Below are positions 30,364 through 40,864 of a DNA stretch of 64,000 bases, piece after piece. This DNA comes from Sulfolobales archaeon (lineage in GTDB: Archaea > Thermoproteota > Thermoprotei_A > Sulfolobales > NBVN01). A program made the translations under genes and the position numbers. The stretch is from assembly GCA_038841535.1 (NCBI GenBank), contig JAWBTQ010000005.1, positions 27,242-91,241 on the forward strand, in the 5' to 3' direction. Under the pieces are notes generated by a model. The model saw nothing but the letters and a program-made list of their open reading frames with translations, had not been told where the DNA came from and searched no databases. Each line of letters opens with the position of its first letter. The stretch's first letter is position 1.

Positions 30364-30864
30364 CGAATCACTGTCTCGAAGGGGTGAAAAGTATTTTTAA
30401 AATTTTCAAGTACGCCTCAACAAACATACCCAATAAAACCTAACAGTAATATCAAAAAGTATACCATGTTTCACAGCTCACGCATAAACCATGAAACATA
30501 TACATGCGGAGTAGCATACTCCTAAAGCGGGGAAGAATCAAAGGCTTTAAGCCCGATTTCGTTCGACAAGCGGTTAAACAGAATGACCATAAATACATCA
30601 TAATATAATTGTTTTATGGATCTGACATGCTCACTTTTCGTAAATTTCCCATGAGACTCACTCTTTTAAAGTTTCAATCGTACAATTAAAGTATCGTTTC
30701 CTAATCGACGATACGTACCTTAGTAGAGCTTATAGCGAATACGTGGAAATAAAACGATGATTTATTGGATGATAGACGACGTTGCGATGTTGCGATGATG
30801 TAAGAAAAAGAAAAATGAACATTGTAATAAAGTAATAAAAATATTTTTTAAGTTAAAATTATCT

Positions 30865-31839
30865 TTACCGTTTTCTCTGCCATTTAGCTACAGTTTCTTC
30901 GAACTCCCGCCGAATTATCTCATTCAAATCATAAGTACCATACATGCTGTACAGTTCCTCAGGTGTGAGTAGCTCTAGCTCTAGCTGTCTCCATCGCTTA
31001 AAACCAACAATGTCATTAAATTCAGCCCATGTCACCCCCATCGCCTCTAGGGCTTTAATGTCCTCAGTCTCCTTCAAAATCTTTAGTGCTTCATACATAG
31101 CTTTGGTTGCTGCGTAGAGGGCTACCATGGGAACAGATAAGTACTTTACTCCTGCTCTTCGAAGCTCCTCGATGGAGAATGGTGGGGTTCTCCCTCCCGG
31201 GATAATATTAAGAGATATCGGAGCAGGTATGTTTTTCACAAGTTTTTCCACTTCTTCGATGCTCTGAGGTGCTTCTACGTATACGTAGTCGGCACCAGCG
31301 TGTGCATATGCCTTTCCTCTCTCAATAGCTTCCTCAAGTCCGGCTACTGCTCTCGCGTCTGTCCTAGCTCCGATAACCATATCTGGGTCTATTTCACTAG
31401 CAGCCTTCTTAGCAGCCTTGATCTTTTGAACCATCTCTTCCTTGGGTATTATTCTTTTTCCGAGCATGTGTCCACATCTCTTTGGCCATACCTGGTCCTC
31501 TATTCTAATGCCTGCTGCTCCAACTTTAGCAAAATTGTACGCTGTCCAATAGACGTTTAGCGGATTCCCATACCCTGTATCGGCATCTACATCAACTGGG
31601 ATCGAAACAGCATTTATTATGGTCCTAACTCTTTCAAGCATTTCACCAAAACTTACTAACCCGATATCGGGTTGTCCTATTAATGTAGCGGCTATGCCGT
31701 ATCCGGTAGTACCTACAATCTCGAATCCAACCTTCTCTATTATAATCGCTGAAAGAGCGTCATAAGCGCAAGGTCTAATGATCATCTTGTCTCTACTTAA
31801 GAGCTCTCTAAATCTTTTACCCATAGACCTGAGGGGCAT
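30865..31839 (-). CDS. Isocitrate lyase/PEP mutase superfamily enzyme (methylisocitrate lyase-like)
   Basis: YDALSA, DADTGYG, IEDQVWPKRCGH, ARTDA and AGADYVYVEA motifs. Confidence 0.88.
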   Translation of the reverse strand: MPLRSMGKRFRELLSRDKMIIRPCAYDALSAIIIEKVGFEIVGTTGYGIAATLIGQPDIGLVSFGEMLERVRTIINAVSIPVDVDADTGYGNPLNVYWTAYNFAKVGAAGIRIEDQVWPKRCGHMLGKRIIPKEEMVQKIKAAKKAASEIDPDMVIGARTDARAVAGLEEAIERGKAYAHAGADYVYVEAPQSIEEVEKLVKNIPAPISLNIIPGGRTPPFSIEELRRAGVKYLSVPMVALYAATKAMYEALKILKETEDIKALEAMGVTWAEFNDIVGFKRWRQLELELLTPEELYSMYGTYDLNEIIRREFEETVAKWQRKR

Positions 31840-33904
31840 GTGAATCCACCTTCTTTAACCTATTTTTAATAAGGGATACGGCTAGAACAACTACAAAAAA
31901 TGCTGCAAATGCCGGTAGGAACTGATAGAACATTAAGCCTACAAATCCCAATACCGCTATTAAGCCGTATAGTATTCTCATTGGAGCTTTTAAACCATAA
32001 GTGCTCCACCACGCTACTCCCGTGTAAGCAATTAACAAGGCAACCATGATCATCACGATTACTAGGGACTCCACAAGAATTGACGTGACATTAAGTAAAG
32101 ATAGCTCACCAACTGTTACAAGCAATAGGTCTGGTCTAAGTATAAATCCCCAGGCTATAATCCATGATGCTAACGTCATCGCAAAAGCGGCTATGCCGGC
32201 CTTCCAGAAATCAGCTTTAGCTATGCTCGCTGCTGCAAAGGTGGCAAGAGCAACTGGTGGTGTTAACGGGGCGAAAACCCCGAAATAAAATATAAAGTAG
32301 TGAAGGGCTATCTTAGGAATACCGATAAGCGCTGCTAGTCCACCCAGGATCGAGACTAAAGTCACGTATACTACCGGTGTGGGAAGTCCGAAGCCGAGCA
32401 AAATTGCTATGAACATCGAGATTAGTAATACGATGAACATGTTCCCCCCAGAAATATCCCAAATAATGCGACCTAGACTATAGGATAAACCCGATAAAGA
32501 TAGTACTCCGGCTATTATGCCAGCTCCAGCGCATGTTAATATTATAGAGGACGCTTCTCTAAACGACTTTTGAAATCCTTTTATGACATTATTAGAAAAA
32601 GATCTCGACGACCTCAAGCCCAATAAAGCTAAAACCATGAGAATAGACAAAGCTGACGTAACCATTATCGAAGATATCGTAGAACCCAGTTGGTATGCAA
32701 AGACGGCGAAAGTAACTAAAATGAGTGTAGAAAATAGCATACCTAAAGTTTTCCCATACCTCAATGCCGCTATAATTAAGACAGACAGCAATGAGCCGAG
32801 AGCTGCCATACCGGCTTCAAATCCGATTGACAAAAGATATACGAGTAGGGCAATAGGCGTAAACGCATATAACTCTCGCAACACCTCCCTCCTTTTTGGG
32901 ATTTCGGATTCTGGAAGTTCTCTAAGACCTAACTTTTTAGACATAAGATCGACATAGAGATAGAGATAAAGATAGTACAATACTGCTGGCACTATGGAGG
33001 CTACCACCACATACCAGTACGTCACACCTAAGTAAAGGGGCATTATGAAACCAGCGGAACCTAAAACCGGGGGCATTATCTGCGCCCCCGTTCCACAAGC
33101 AGCTGTGATAGCAGCGGCTACCTCTGGTGTTAAACCAAGCTTGATCATGGTGGGAATGGTTATCGTTCCAATAATTGCCGTTGCCCCAGTAGCCGAACCA
33201 GTTGAAGTACCTAATAAGGCTGTTGATACTACAGTTACCTTAGCTGGACCGCCACGCCTCTTGCCAGCAAATGCTGTGGCTACTTTACTGAAGTACTCTG
33301 CTATGCCTGCCTGCTCCAGCATTGAGCCGAAAAGCAGAAATACTGTTATCATTAGAACAGCTACCTGCAGTGGGGTTGAATATATACCAATGTTAAACAG
33401 ATATATCTTTTCAATAAACAACTTAAAGTCAAATTTTGCATCCCAAAGCCCGTATGCTATGAAAGCTAGTACGACTATAGCAAGCTCGCGACCTACTCTT
33501 CTTCTGATTGCCTCAGTGGTTAGGATTACCGTGAGCCATCCAAATAAAATGTCCTCTGCTGTTGTAATACCAATCCTCAAACTTAGTTCATGATATATTG
33601 CGAAGCGATAAATAGATGCCGCAAAAGCAATTATTCCTAAAACGTAATCGATATAGCTTACTCTACTCCCTCTACGCGCCGGTGTAGTAAAATAAGTGTA
33701 TAGCAGGGATAATGCTAATAGTAAAGACATATGGTGTTGACTAGTGAGAACCAACCATTCCGGAATACTGGTAACGTGGGAAAGCATTGATAGGATTACG
33801 TTATAAGCTCCTGTTGCCACGAGCACGAGATAAATTATAGAAAAAACCGCTATGCTGCTGACGAAAAACTTACTCATGTAAATCCTCCTCATGTAAATCT
33901 TCAC
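31817..33904 (-). CDS. TRAP transporter fused 4TM/12TM permease (TAXI-type)
   Basis: RRGGPAKV, TIPTMIKLG, GAQIMPPVLGSAGF, LGFGLPT, HYFIFYFG and LTPPVALA motifs. Confidence 0.92.
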   Translation of the reverse strand: MKIYMRRIYMSKFFVSSIAVFSIIYLVLVATGAYNVILSMLSHVTSIPEWLVLTSQHHMSLLLALSLLYTYFTTPARRGSRVSYIDYVLGIIAFAASIYRFAIYHELSLRIGITTAEDILFGWLTVILTTEAIRRRVGRELAIVVLAFIAYGLWDAKFDFKLFIEKIYLFNIGIYSTPLQVAVLMITVFLLFGSMLEQAGIAEYFSKVATAFAGKRRGGPAKVTVVSTALLGTSTGSATGATAIIGTITIPTMIKLGLTPEVAAAITAACGTGAQIMPPVLGSAGFIMPLYLGVTYWYVVVASIVPAVLYYLYLYLYVDLMSKKLGLRELPESEIPKRREVLRELYAFTPIALLVYLLSIGFEAGMAALGSLLSVLIIAALRYGKTLGMLFSTLILVTFAVFAYQLGSTISSIMVTSALSILMVLALLGLRSSRSFSNNVIKGFQKSFREASSIILTCAGAGIIAGVLSLSGLSYSLGRIIWDISGGNMFIVLLISMFIAILLGFGLPTPVVYVTLVSILGGLAALIGIPKIALHYFIFYFGVFAPLTPPVALATFAAASIAKADFWKAGIAAFAMTLASWIIAWGFILRPDLLLVTVGELSLLNVTSILVESLVIVMIMVALLIAYTGVAWWSTYGLKAPMRILYGLIAVLGFVGLMFYQFLPAFAAFFVVVLAVSLIKNRLKKVDSHAPQVYG

Positions 33905-34956
33905 TTTGGTTTTATTTCATCTGGAACAACAAATCCTTTCTCTACGAAGTATTTAAAGGCTCCCTGGTGTAAGGGAATTGCAATACCTCCGAACGGGTTG
34001 TTTCTATCCACATCTCTCAAAAACTCGGCCATAACAACTACTTCGTCAAAATGTTCCCAATAGGCTTTAACGAACTTATATATGAGTTCCTCCGGAGCGC
34101 CTGAGTTTGCTATTATGATAGAAGGAACCTTCAACACTCTAACATCTCTATCCATACCATTGTAGCTTCCTGCTTTAGCCACATAAACACCGAAAAACTT
34201 ATACTTTTCTATAAGCCTGTTGGCGATCTCCTCAGGTATCTCAACAAATGATAGAGGTAGCCTCATACTAAGTTCATAAATAGACGGATTCGGGACTATA
34301 GTGTGGTGGATAACGGCATCAACTTGACCTGCGAGTAGCATGTCCCAGGATTCTGGGTCCCCAATATTAAGTTTCACTGCTTTATCCCAAATACCTGCTT
34401 CCTTTAGAATTATCTCTGATACTACAGCATCCCCGCTTCCAGGTTCTCCGATTGCCACTCTTTTTCCAGCTAAATCGTATACTGTTTTAATACCGCTACC
34501 CGATTTGACGAGAAATCCAACTACTAACGGGTGGATTGGAGCGACTGCTCTAAGATTTGGGTAGCTCTCGTTAGTGAAGAATGGGGGGAGCCCCTTGTAT
34601 GCATAGTAAGCTACTAAACTTGTTGATAGTGAGATTGGTACATCTCCTCTACCTACAGCCCTGGAATTGCTTACTGAACCACCACCAGGAATTGCTACGA
34701 CGACTATCTCTGGTGTATACTTTGACACAATTGCGGCAATTGCTTGGGCTGCTATATAGAATGTTCCGGTCGGTGAGCCTGTTGGCATTTTAAAATAGTA
34801 TTCTCGCTTTTCTACCGGAGTTTGCGTAACGGTAGTCGGAGTGGGGGAAGAAGTGGGAGATGGCTTCAGGCCTCCTAATAAGCCATAGGCTACTGAAATT
34901 ATTACTATCGCAGTGAGTATCAATGCCACTATAGCATAAAGTATGGACTTTGGCAT
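33901..34956 (-). CDS. TAXI-family TRAP solute-binding protein
   Basis: N-terminal anchor and S/T/P linker; TGSPTGTFY, GGGSVSN, DLAGKRVAIGEPGSG and IPLHQGAFKYF motifs. Confidence 0.92.
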   Translation of the reverse strand: MPKSILYAIVALILTAIVIISVAYGLLGGLKPSPTSSPTPTTVTQTPVEKREYYFKMPTGSPTGTFYIAAQAIAAIVSKYTPEIVVVAIPGGGSVSNSRAVGRGDVPISLSTSLVAYYAYKGLPPFFTNESYPNLRAVAPIHPLVVGFLVKSGSGIKTVYDLAGKRVAIGEPGSGDAVVSEIILKEAGIWDKAVKLNIGDPESWDMLLAGQVDAVIHHTIVPNPSIYELSMRLPLSFVEIPEEIANRLIEKYKFFGVYVAKAGSYNGMDRDVRVLKVPSIIIANSGAPEELIYKFVKAYWEHFDEVVVMAEFLRDVDRNNPFGGIAIPLHQGAFKYFVEKGFVVPDEIKPK

Positions 34957-35131
34957 GCTATTACCCTATCACTTTATGCAGGGACCGTAATATTCTAGGT
35001 GTCAAACAAGTTTGGCTGAGTTTTATTACCCGTGACCCTCTTCTTCGTACCCTTTAAGCTTCTTTATAATGTCCGCTCATAGTTAATTCAATTGACATGG
35101 TTTATAAGTTCAATAAGTTAACCCAATCAGG

Positions 35132-35872
35132 GTGAGCGAGGTGTTAATTAGGGGGCTTTTAAAGGTTTTGCACCCATCCGACGTAATCACTAGGTTAAGC
35201 ATAGAGTTACGCATGGAGACGGTGTTGACTAACATGAGTCTTACTGGGAGGTATACCCACGGGTTACTTTTATTTAATCCGGTTTCGGCATATAACTTTC
35301 CATCGATAAAGCTACTGGATATAATTAGCACTTCAGATATAATCAAGGAGTTCACGTTCGTTCATAAAGACCCTCCTATAATATATATAGTAAAACAGAG
35401 CTTCGGAGTACAAAAGGCCTTAGCTGATGTGCGAGCAATTAAACCTACAACCGTCTTACATAGCTTGAACGGTGTAAAACACTTTTGGGTTACGCTTGAC
35501 GAATCGAAAGCTTCAGATCTTGTCAGACTTGTCAAAAAGTACGCTATCGAGGTTGGTGAGAAGGAGACTCGTGTTAGGCTTAAAATATACAAAAAACTCA
35601 AAAGCTTAGACTACAATTTTCTGAGGTCTTTCCCGACGAACTTTAGAGAATATTTTATAGTAGGTGGTCGCAATTATGGAGCTTCCAAGCTAACTTTACT
35701 AGAATACTATGTCTTAAGGAGAGCTTACGAACTCGGGTATTTCGATTGGCCACGAAGGTGTTCTCTCACTTGTTTATCCGCAGATATTGGACTATCAAAA
35801 GCTACTCTTTCTGAACATTTAAGAACTGCCATTAGGAAGCTACTGAATGAATATTTTGAACAACTTGAATAA
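35132..35872 (+). CDS. Bacterio-opsin-activator-type (HTH_10) transcriptional regulator
   Basis: C-terminal LRRAYELGYFDWPRRCSLTCLSADIGLSKATLSEHLRTAIRKLL; divergent from the TAXI operon. Confidence 0.88.
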   Translation: MSEVLIRGLLKVLHPSDVITRLSIELRMETVLTNMSLTGRYTHGLLLFNPVSAYNFPSIKLLDIISTSDIIKEFTFVHKDPPIIYIVKQSFGVQKALADVRAIKPTTVLHSLNGVKHFWVTLDESKASDLVRLVKKYAIEVGEKETRVRLKIYKKLKSLDYNFLRSFPTNFREYFIVGGRNYGASKLTLLEYYVLRRAYELGYFDWPRRCSLTCLSADIGLSKATLSEHLRTAIRKLLNEYFEQLE

Positions 35873-37616
35873 TGACGTTATCATTTAAGGACTTAAGTAG
35901 CTTAATGTAAGCTAGGCTATAAACGTGAAGGCTCGAGAATAATGGAGCAACAGGTTAGCGATCAAGTCTTAAGCCTGTTATTTAACTTCCGGCAGTTGAG
36001 ATGGACGTATGTGAGCGCGGTCTCACCGCCACTATGTAGCTATCATAACACTTTAGTACCGGATACGGCTATATACTCATGTTGATGGTATGCAAAGTAA
36101 AAGTTACACCCTATGTGTCCGTTATTCAGAGTAAGCCACACTTGTCCAGCATAGTATGCAATACAGAATAAACTTTCAACAAGTTAGCAGCTTGATTAGC
36201 TACAAGTACATTCCTGCTATAGGATCCTCCCTGTTCGTGAGCGCAAGTCCAGCTGTTAGAAGCTATGTAGACGTTCATTCTTAGTAGGATGTTGACTGAA
36301 ATGATAACATAAGACAGCTTCACTATTAGTGGAGATGTATAAGCTCTTCGCTACTTCTCCTATTTTCAGCAAAGGAGTCGAAAGGTATTTTAAGACGGTA
36401 GGCCGACTAAGTTTATAGAATCTTACCAAGACATGATTAATGTCATCTCCCAGTTATTTCGAGAAATCTATAGCAAGGCAGAAATTGTTGAGTACGAATG
36501 ACTATATGTGTTATTATTTCGTTGATCTTCTATTCATTAATCATGCAACAATCTGAGAACTAAAGACCATCGAGTCTTCATCCTGGCACATACAGGTATT
36601 CCAGCTCTGGCTAAGTAGCTTTAATGTCTAGGACTTACGTGCTTAGTGACGCAAGCATTCGAAATCGGTACTTAGAAACGTAATGCTTCAATCGATGGAT
36701 TCGAAGTATTTGGTGTCATAAGACCTTCTCGAAAACCGATGTTTAGCAGGAACCACCCAAACTACCTATAAATTCCGCACTGGTATTGTATCAGTATGAG
36801 ACCCTCTGGTTCAGTTATGCCTTTAGAGAGTCTTCTCTCTCCTGACGAGACATTTTCACAGCGTCCTTCGCGAACCTACATATGATCTTAATAACTCCCT
36901 GAACCCCTTCATAACCTAGACCATACTGTCGTCGGAACTCGAGCCGTAATCGGCTTTAAGTTAACTGCGGCTATTACTCTCTATCCCTATATTGTTGCTC
37001 ATCACGCAACCATCAAATTAATGGTAACAACCGTAACTGCTAAAACGCTATATGCCCGCTCTTCTTTGCCTCCCTTTTAGGTGTGATAGGGAACTTTATC
37101 CAGCTGGTTCTTTAGCTCTTGCTATATGGCTTCTTTAGCTTATCAAAACAAGGACATTAAAACAAAATACACACTTTAGCCAGTACGTAAACAAAGTGAA
37201 TTAAGTGCTTAAGACCTACGTAACAGGTACATATGTAGCTGAGTGCAAACTATTTTTCATTCAAAGATTTTTAGACTACCAAAAACATTGACCGCATGTC
37301 TTTATCTTTACCCAATATTACCAGCGTAGACTACGCTTTCTAACTCAGCTTTATCTCACGGGGCATTTCATTAGCTAGATCTAGGAGAACACTAGTAGCC
37401 TTACAATTAAGAGCTGTCCTAACTTGAGTACCTGCTGGAGTACGTCTAAATGACATTAAAAAGAAGATACCTCGGAGTAATTGCCACCGGCGATTAGGGA
37501 GTTTATGGTAAAAAGGGTATTGAAGGTTACTTGAGTGTCTATTAGCTGTGACTTTATTAAAGATATAAAGACTTTAAACTTTTTAAACTCTGTAAGCACG
37601 TTAAAGTGAGGTATCT

Positions 37617-38132
37617 ATGCAGTCTCTAGTTTTAGAACCAGTTGGAACTGCTATGATATTTTATGGTTTAGTGCTCTTCATGTTCACTTGGCAACTTCTC
37701 GGTAAGGCTGATGCTAAAGCAGCTGGTTTCGTGGTTGCTGGATCGGGCTTTATTGGGCTCATTATGGGTTTATTTGCGTATATAGGGCTCGGTCTAGCGC
37801 TTCCAGGTACTCTAGTAATAATATTTGCTGTTACCTTCATTATGGCTGGTATATGGAATATAAGAGGGCTAGAACCTAAGACATTAGCGTACTTTCTCTT
37901 GTATCTTGGAATAGCTGATGCCATATACGCAATATACTTCGCAATGGTACAGCTCTTTATATTCTCGGCTTTTTGCTGGGCGTGGTTTCTAGTTTACGTA
38001 CTCTTTGTTCTCGCCCTTCTAACGGGGAAACCAGTATACGCTATCGCAGCCAGATACTGGTGCCTCATCTGCTCTTTCGCTACTCTACTCGTACCAGGAT
38101 TCTTATTAGTAGCTGGAGTAGTATTCGGGTAA
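37617..38132 (+). CDS. AmiS/UreI-family urea/amide channel
   Basis: Six hydrophobic helices; FYGLVLF, LLGKADAKAAG, IIFAVTF, WAWFL and TLLVPGFLL pattern. Confidence 0.75.
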   Translation: MQSLVLEPVGTAMIFYGLVLFMFTWQLLGKADAKAAGFVVAGSGFIGLIMGLFAYIGLGLALPGTLVIIFAVTFIMAGIWNIRGLEPKTLAYFLLYLGIADAIYAIYFAMVQLFIFSAFCWAWFLVYVLFVLALLTGKPVYAIAARYWCLICSFATLLVPGFLLVAGVVFG

Positions 38133-38374
38133 ATAAAATATTTTACTTTAAATCAATCATTTCGCAGTAATACTCTTCAATGGCTGTTTTTGAAAACTTA
38201 GAATTATTATAAGAATTAATTAAGAGCTCTGCCAACACGTACATAACCAACACATAGCTTGACTAGCGTTCGTAGCCGTGTTCACCACTCAATGTCCTGC
38301 GGATTCTTCTGCGATAATGAGAACAGCGTTTTCCGACCTCGGGTATCGACGCAGACCTTACATATAGCCGCTAA

Positions 38375-38636
38375 GGGCTGTTTTCTTCTTGATGATTTTA
38401 GGAAATGCTTATTAGCGTTGTTTTTGCTCTATGCTTATTGGAAGCTCTGGGTGGTGATGGGGGCATTGCTCCAAGCCACCCGAGGCTTAAGCTAGATGGG
38501 AGCCCCGTGCCGTTGGGCTCAACAGCCACCCATGAAGCCATACAGATACCAATATCTGTATGGGTGAGGTGGAAGTCCCTGGATACAGCTATGAACGAAA
38601 ACGAACTAATAGGAGTGAGCACCCAGGGACAAACGG
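38375..38636 (+). mobile_element. Non-autonomous TnpB-IS derivative E1 (promoter plus omegaRNA-like segment)
   Basis: T-rich left end; AAATGCTTATTAG box; hairpin 38445-38484; then TAGATG (38493) ...GGGACAAACGG. One frame reads LDGSPVPLGSTATHE..WVRWKSL, which I recall as a crenarchaeal TnpB C-terminal tail. Confidence 0.6.
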
Positions 38637-38649
38637 TAAAAGTAAAGCG

Positions 38650-38783
38650 TAGATGTTGTTCCCACGTCTCTGAATTGTAGGTACGTTCAAGCCCGGCATT
38701 AAGCGATCTATGGCCTCTGTAAGCTATTGAGCATAGCTTAGTTTATCCTTGGGAAACTTCGAGAAACCTTAGGGCGGGAATAG
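38650..38783 (+). mobile_element. Second, more decayed right-end/omegaRNA-like unit E4
   Basis: Starts TAGATGT and ends AAACTTCGAGAAACCTTAGGGCGGGAATAG, clearly similar to the end of E3 at 61056. Confidence 0.45.
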
Positions 38784-38918
38784 GCATTGAAGAATTCGTA
38801 CCAAAATGAGTAGTCGTTAAGTAGTGAAGCACCTAAGGCAGTGGTGATAGAGGAGCGAGAGCTCATACTTTACAATTGCTACTTAGGGTTTGCGACTTAA
38901 AGCAAGGTCTAGAGACAG

Positions 38919-40235
38919 TTAAAAGTCATGGTACTTGAGGAACTCTATTGGTGAAGGAGCAGCTATTACCTCTATTGCCTCCTTCTCTTTAGCCTCTACG
39001 TATCTCTCTAATAGTTCGTCAGTAAACACCGGTTTAAGAAAGTCACTATCTGAAAGCAGCTCACCGAGAGCCTCCGTTAGCGATGACGGCAGCCTTCTCT
39101 CTTTAGGTACTCTAGGTAGCTCATAAGCACTCTCGTTGAGAGGGTTACCAGGGTCTATAGACTTCCTAATACCGTCTAACCCAGCCATGACAATAGCAGC
39201 TATAGCTAGGTATGGGTTAGCGGTAGGGTCTGGTGGTCTAAACTCTACTCTCGCATGCTTCTCTCCGTAAACTAGTGGAACTCTAACTGCGGCACTGCGG
39301 TTTCTATAACCCCAGACGGAGTAGACCGGTGACTCAAAGCCCGGTACGAGCCTCCTATAGCTATTGACAGTTGGAGCAACTAATGCCGCAAGAGCTCTTA
39401 TGTGGTACAGAAGACCACCAATGAAGTACCTAGCTGTCTGGCTCAGTCCATTTCTGTCGCTATCGTCATAGAACAAGTTCCTAGGACCTCTCCAGAGGCT
39501 TACGTGGACATGCGTCCCAGACCCGTTCTCATAGCACAACGGCTTCGGCATAAAAACTGCCTTGAACCCCCTTAGCTCCGCTAGAGACTTCGCTACGTAC
39601 TTAACCGTCTGGATACTGTCAGCGATTTTAGTCGGGTTACCAGCATCTATGTTGATCTCCAGCTGGCTCGAGGCCACCTCGTGGTGGTGTCCGCTCACCT
39701 TAACACTAAAGAACTTCGAAAGAGTGTCCACAAGCTCTGCTCTATAGCTACGCAGACTATCGCTCGCCACCTGGTAGTTGCTGAGTAACCTCGCTCCAGC
39801 TCTGTCTACCAGCTCTATTCGGTAGCCCGCAGATACTGGAGGAATAAACGTTGCCTTAAGGCTCTTGAAGACAAAGAACTCTACCTCCACACCCACTAGG
39901 GCCTCCACACCACTACCTTTAAGGTACTCCTCGAGTTTTTGAGTGACGAGCCTGGAGTCAACCGGGTGTCTGAACTTTACGTCTCTATATATGTCGCAGA
40001 CAACTCTTCCCCATCCACTCGACCACGGGATATGCGAGAGAGTGGATACATCAGCTACTAAAACAGCATCGCTATCACTTATGTCACTTATACCTACGCT
40101 GCTACCGTCTACTCTAGCTACTAGAGGTCTTTCACTATCTCCGTAAGGGACTGAGGTAGACCTAAGCCTTCCAACTACGTCAGTATAGTGCATCTCTACC
40201 CACTCTATCTGCCGTTCAGTTGTTCTAAGTAGCAA
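38919..40235 (-). CDS. glnA: Glutamine synthetase type I
   Basis: DGSSV, HHHEVA, FMPKP..NGSGTHVH, NSYRRLVPG, NRSAAVRVP and EFRPPDPTANPYLA motifs. Confidence 0.92.
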   Translation of the reverse strand: MLLRTTERQIEWVEMHYTDVVGRLRSTSVPYGDSERPLVARVDGSSVGISDISDSDAVLVADVSTLSHIPWSSGWGRVVCDIYRDVKFRHPVDSRLVTQKLEEYLKGSGVEALVGVEVEFFVFKSLKATFIPPVSAGYRIELVDRAGARLLSNYQVASDSLRSYRAELVDTLSKFFSVKVSGHHHEVASSQLEINIDAGNPTKIADSIQTVKYVAKSLAELRGFKAVFMPKPLCYENGSGTHVHVSLWRGPRNLFYDDSDRNGLSQTARYFIGGLLYHIRALAALVAPTVNSYRRLVPGFESPVYSVWGYRNRSAAVRVPLVYGEKHARVEFRPPDPTANPYLAIAAIVMAGLDGIRKSIDPGNPLNESAYELPRVPKERRLPSSLTEALGELLSDSDFLKPVFTDELLERYVEAKEKEAIEVIAAPSPIEFLKYHDF

Positions 40236-40375
40236 CTTAGATCACCTAACGTCTTTATACCGTACTACAATAGGTATCGAACAGAAAATAAGAACTCTAG
40301 GTAATCAGTGAGAACACTTATATTGCGTTTTTGCGGGTAGTTATAGTGGGTTCAGAATTGTGTTCTAAGCTAGCC

Positions 40376-40852
40376 ATGGGTGGTATAGACGAAGTTGATG
40401 CTAAGCTACTTGAGTGTTTAAAGAGTAACGGAAGGCTTAGCATACGCGAGCTGTCTAAAGTAGTAGGTAGGTCTCCTTCAGTAGTATACAGCAGGTTAAA
40501 GCGTTTAGAAAGGATGGGAGTCATTAGGGGTTATACTGCCCTGATCAACTATCAACTACTAGGATATGAGGTTCACGCCTTAACCCTACTCCAAGTCGAG
40601 GGCGAGCACATAACTGACGTAGAAAAACTGCTAGCTCGAGAACCTAACGTAAGAGCTGTATTCGATATTACTGGAGAGTACGATGTAGCCATAATTACTG
40701 TTTTTAGTTCGGTATCGGATTTAGATGCCTTCATAAAGAAGATGCTTAAGGTCCCCTATATAAAGAGGTCTGTAACTAACTTAGTCTTGAGAGTAGTAAA
40801 GGACGAACCACACATAGACGTAAGCATCAGTAGAAGCACTAAAACACGCTAA
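40376..40852 (+). CDS. Lrp/AsnC family transcriptional regulator
   Basis: IDEVDAKLL..L..NGRLSIRELSK HTH, RLERMGVIRGY and ITGEYD; ATG 40376 preferred over track start 40331; divergent from glnA. Confidence 0.93.
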   Translation: MGGIDEVDAKLLECLKSNGRLSIRELSKVVGRSPSVVYSRLKRLERMGVIRGYTALINYQLLGYEVHALTLLQVEGEHITDVEKLLAREPNVRAVFDITGEYDVAIITVFSSVSDLDAFIKKMLKVPYIKRSVTNLVLRVVKDEPHIDVSISRSTKTR

Positions 40853-40864
40853 CAGGGCTCTTAA

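Noticed and set aside
30508-30542. CTAAAGCGGGGAAGAATCA resembling an IS605 right-end hairpin half (similar at about 59873 and 15855)
   Set aside because: Only half of the hairpin is present, or there is no supporting context; too weak to call.
38259-38680. Track ORFs in the intergenic elements (also 42635-43057, 61128-61328, 13326-13547, 16075-16272, 23775-24086)
   Set aside because: They overlap tRNAs or the non-coding elements and lack credible starts or domains.
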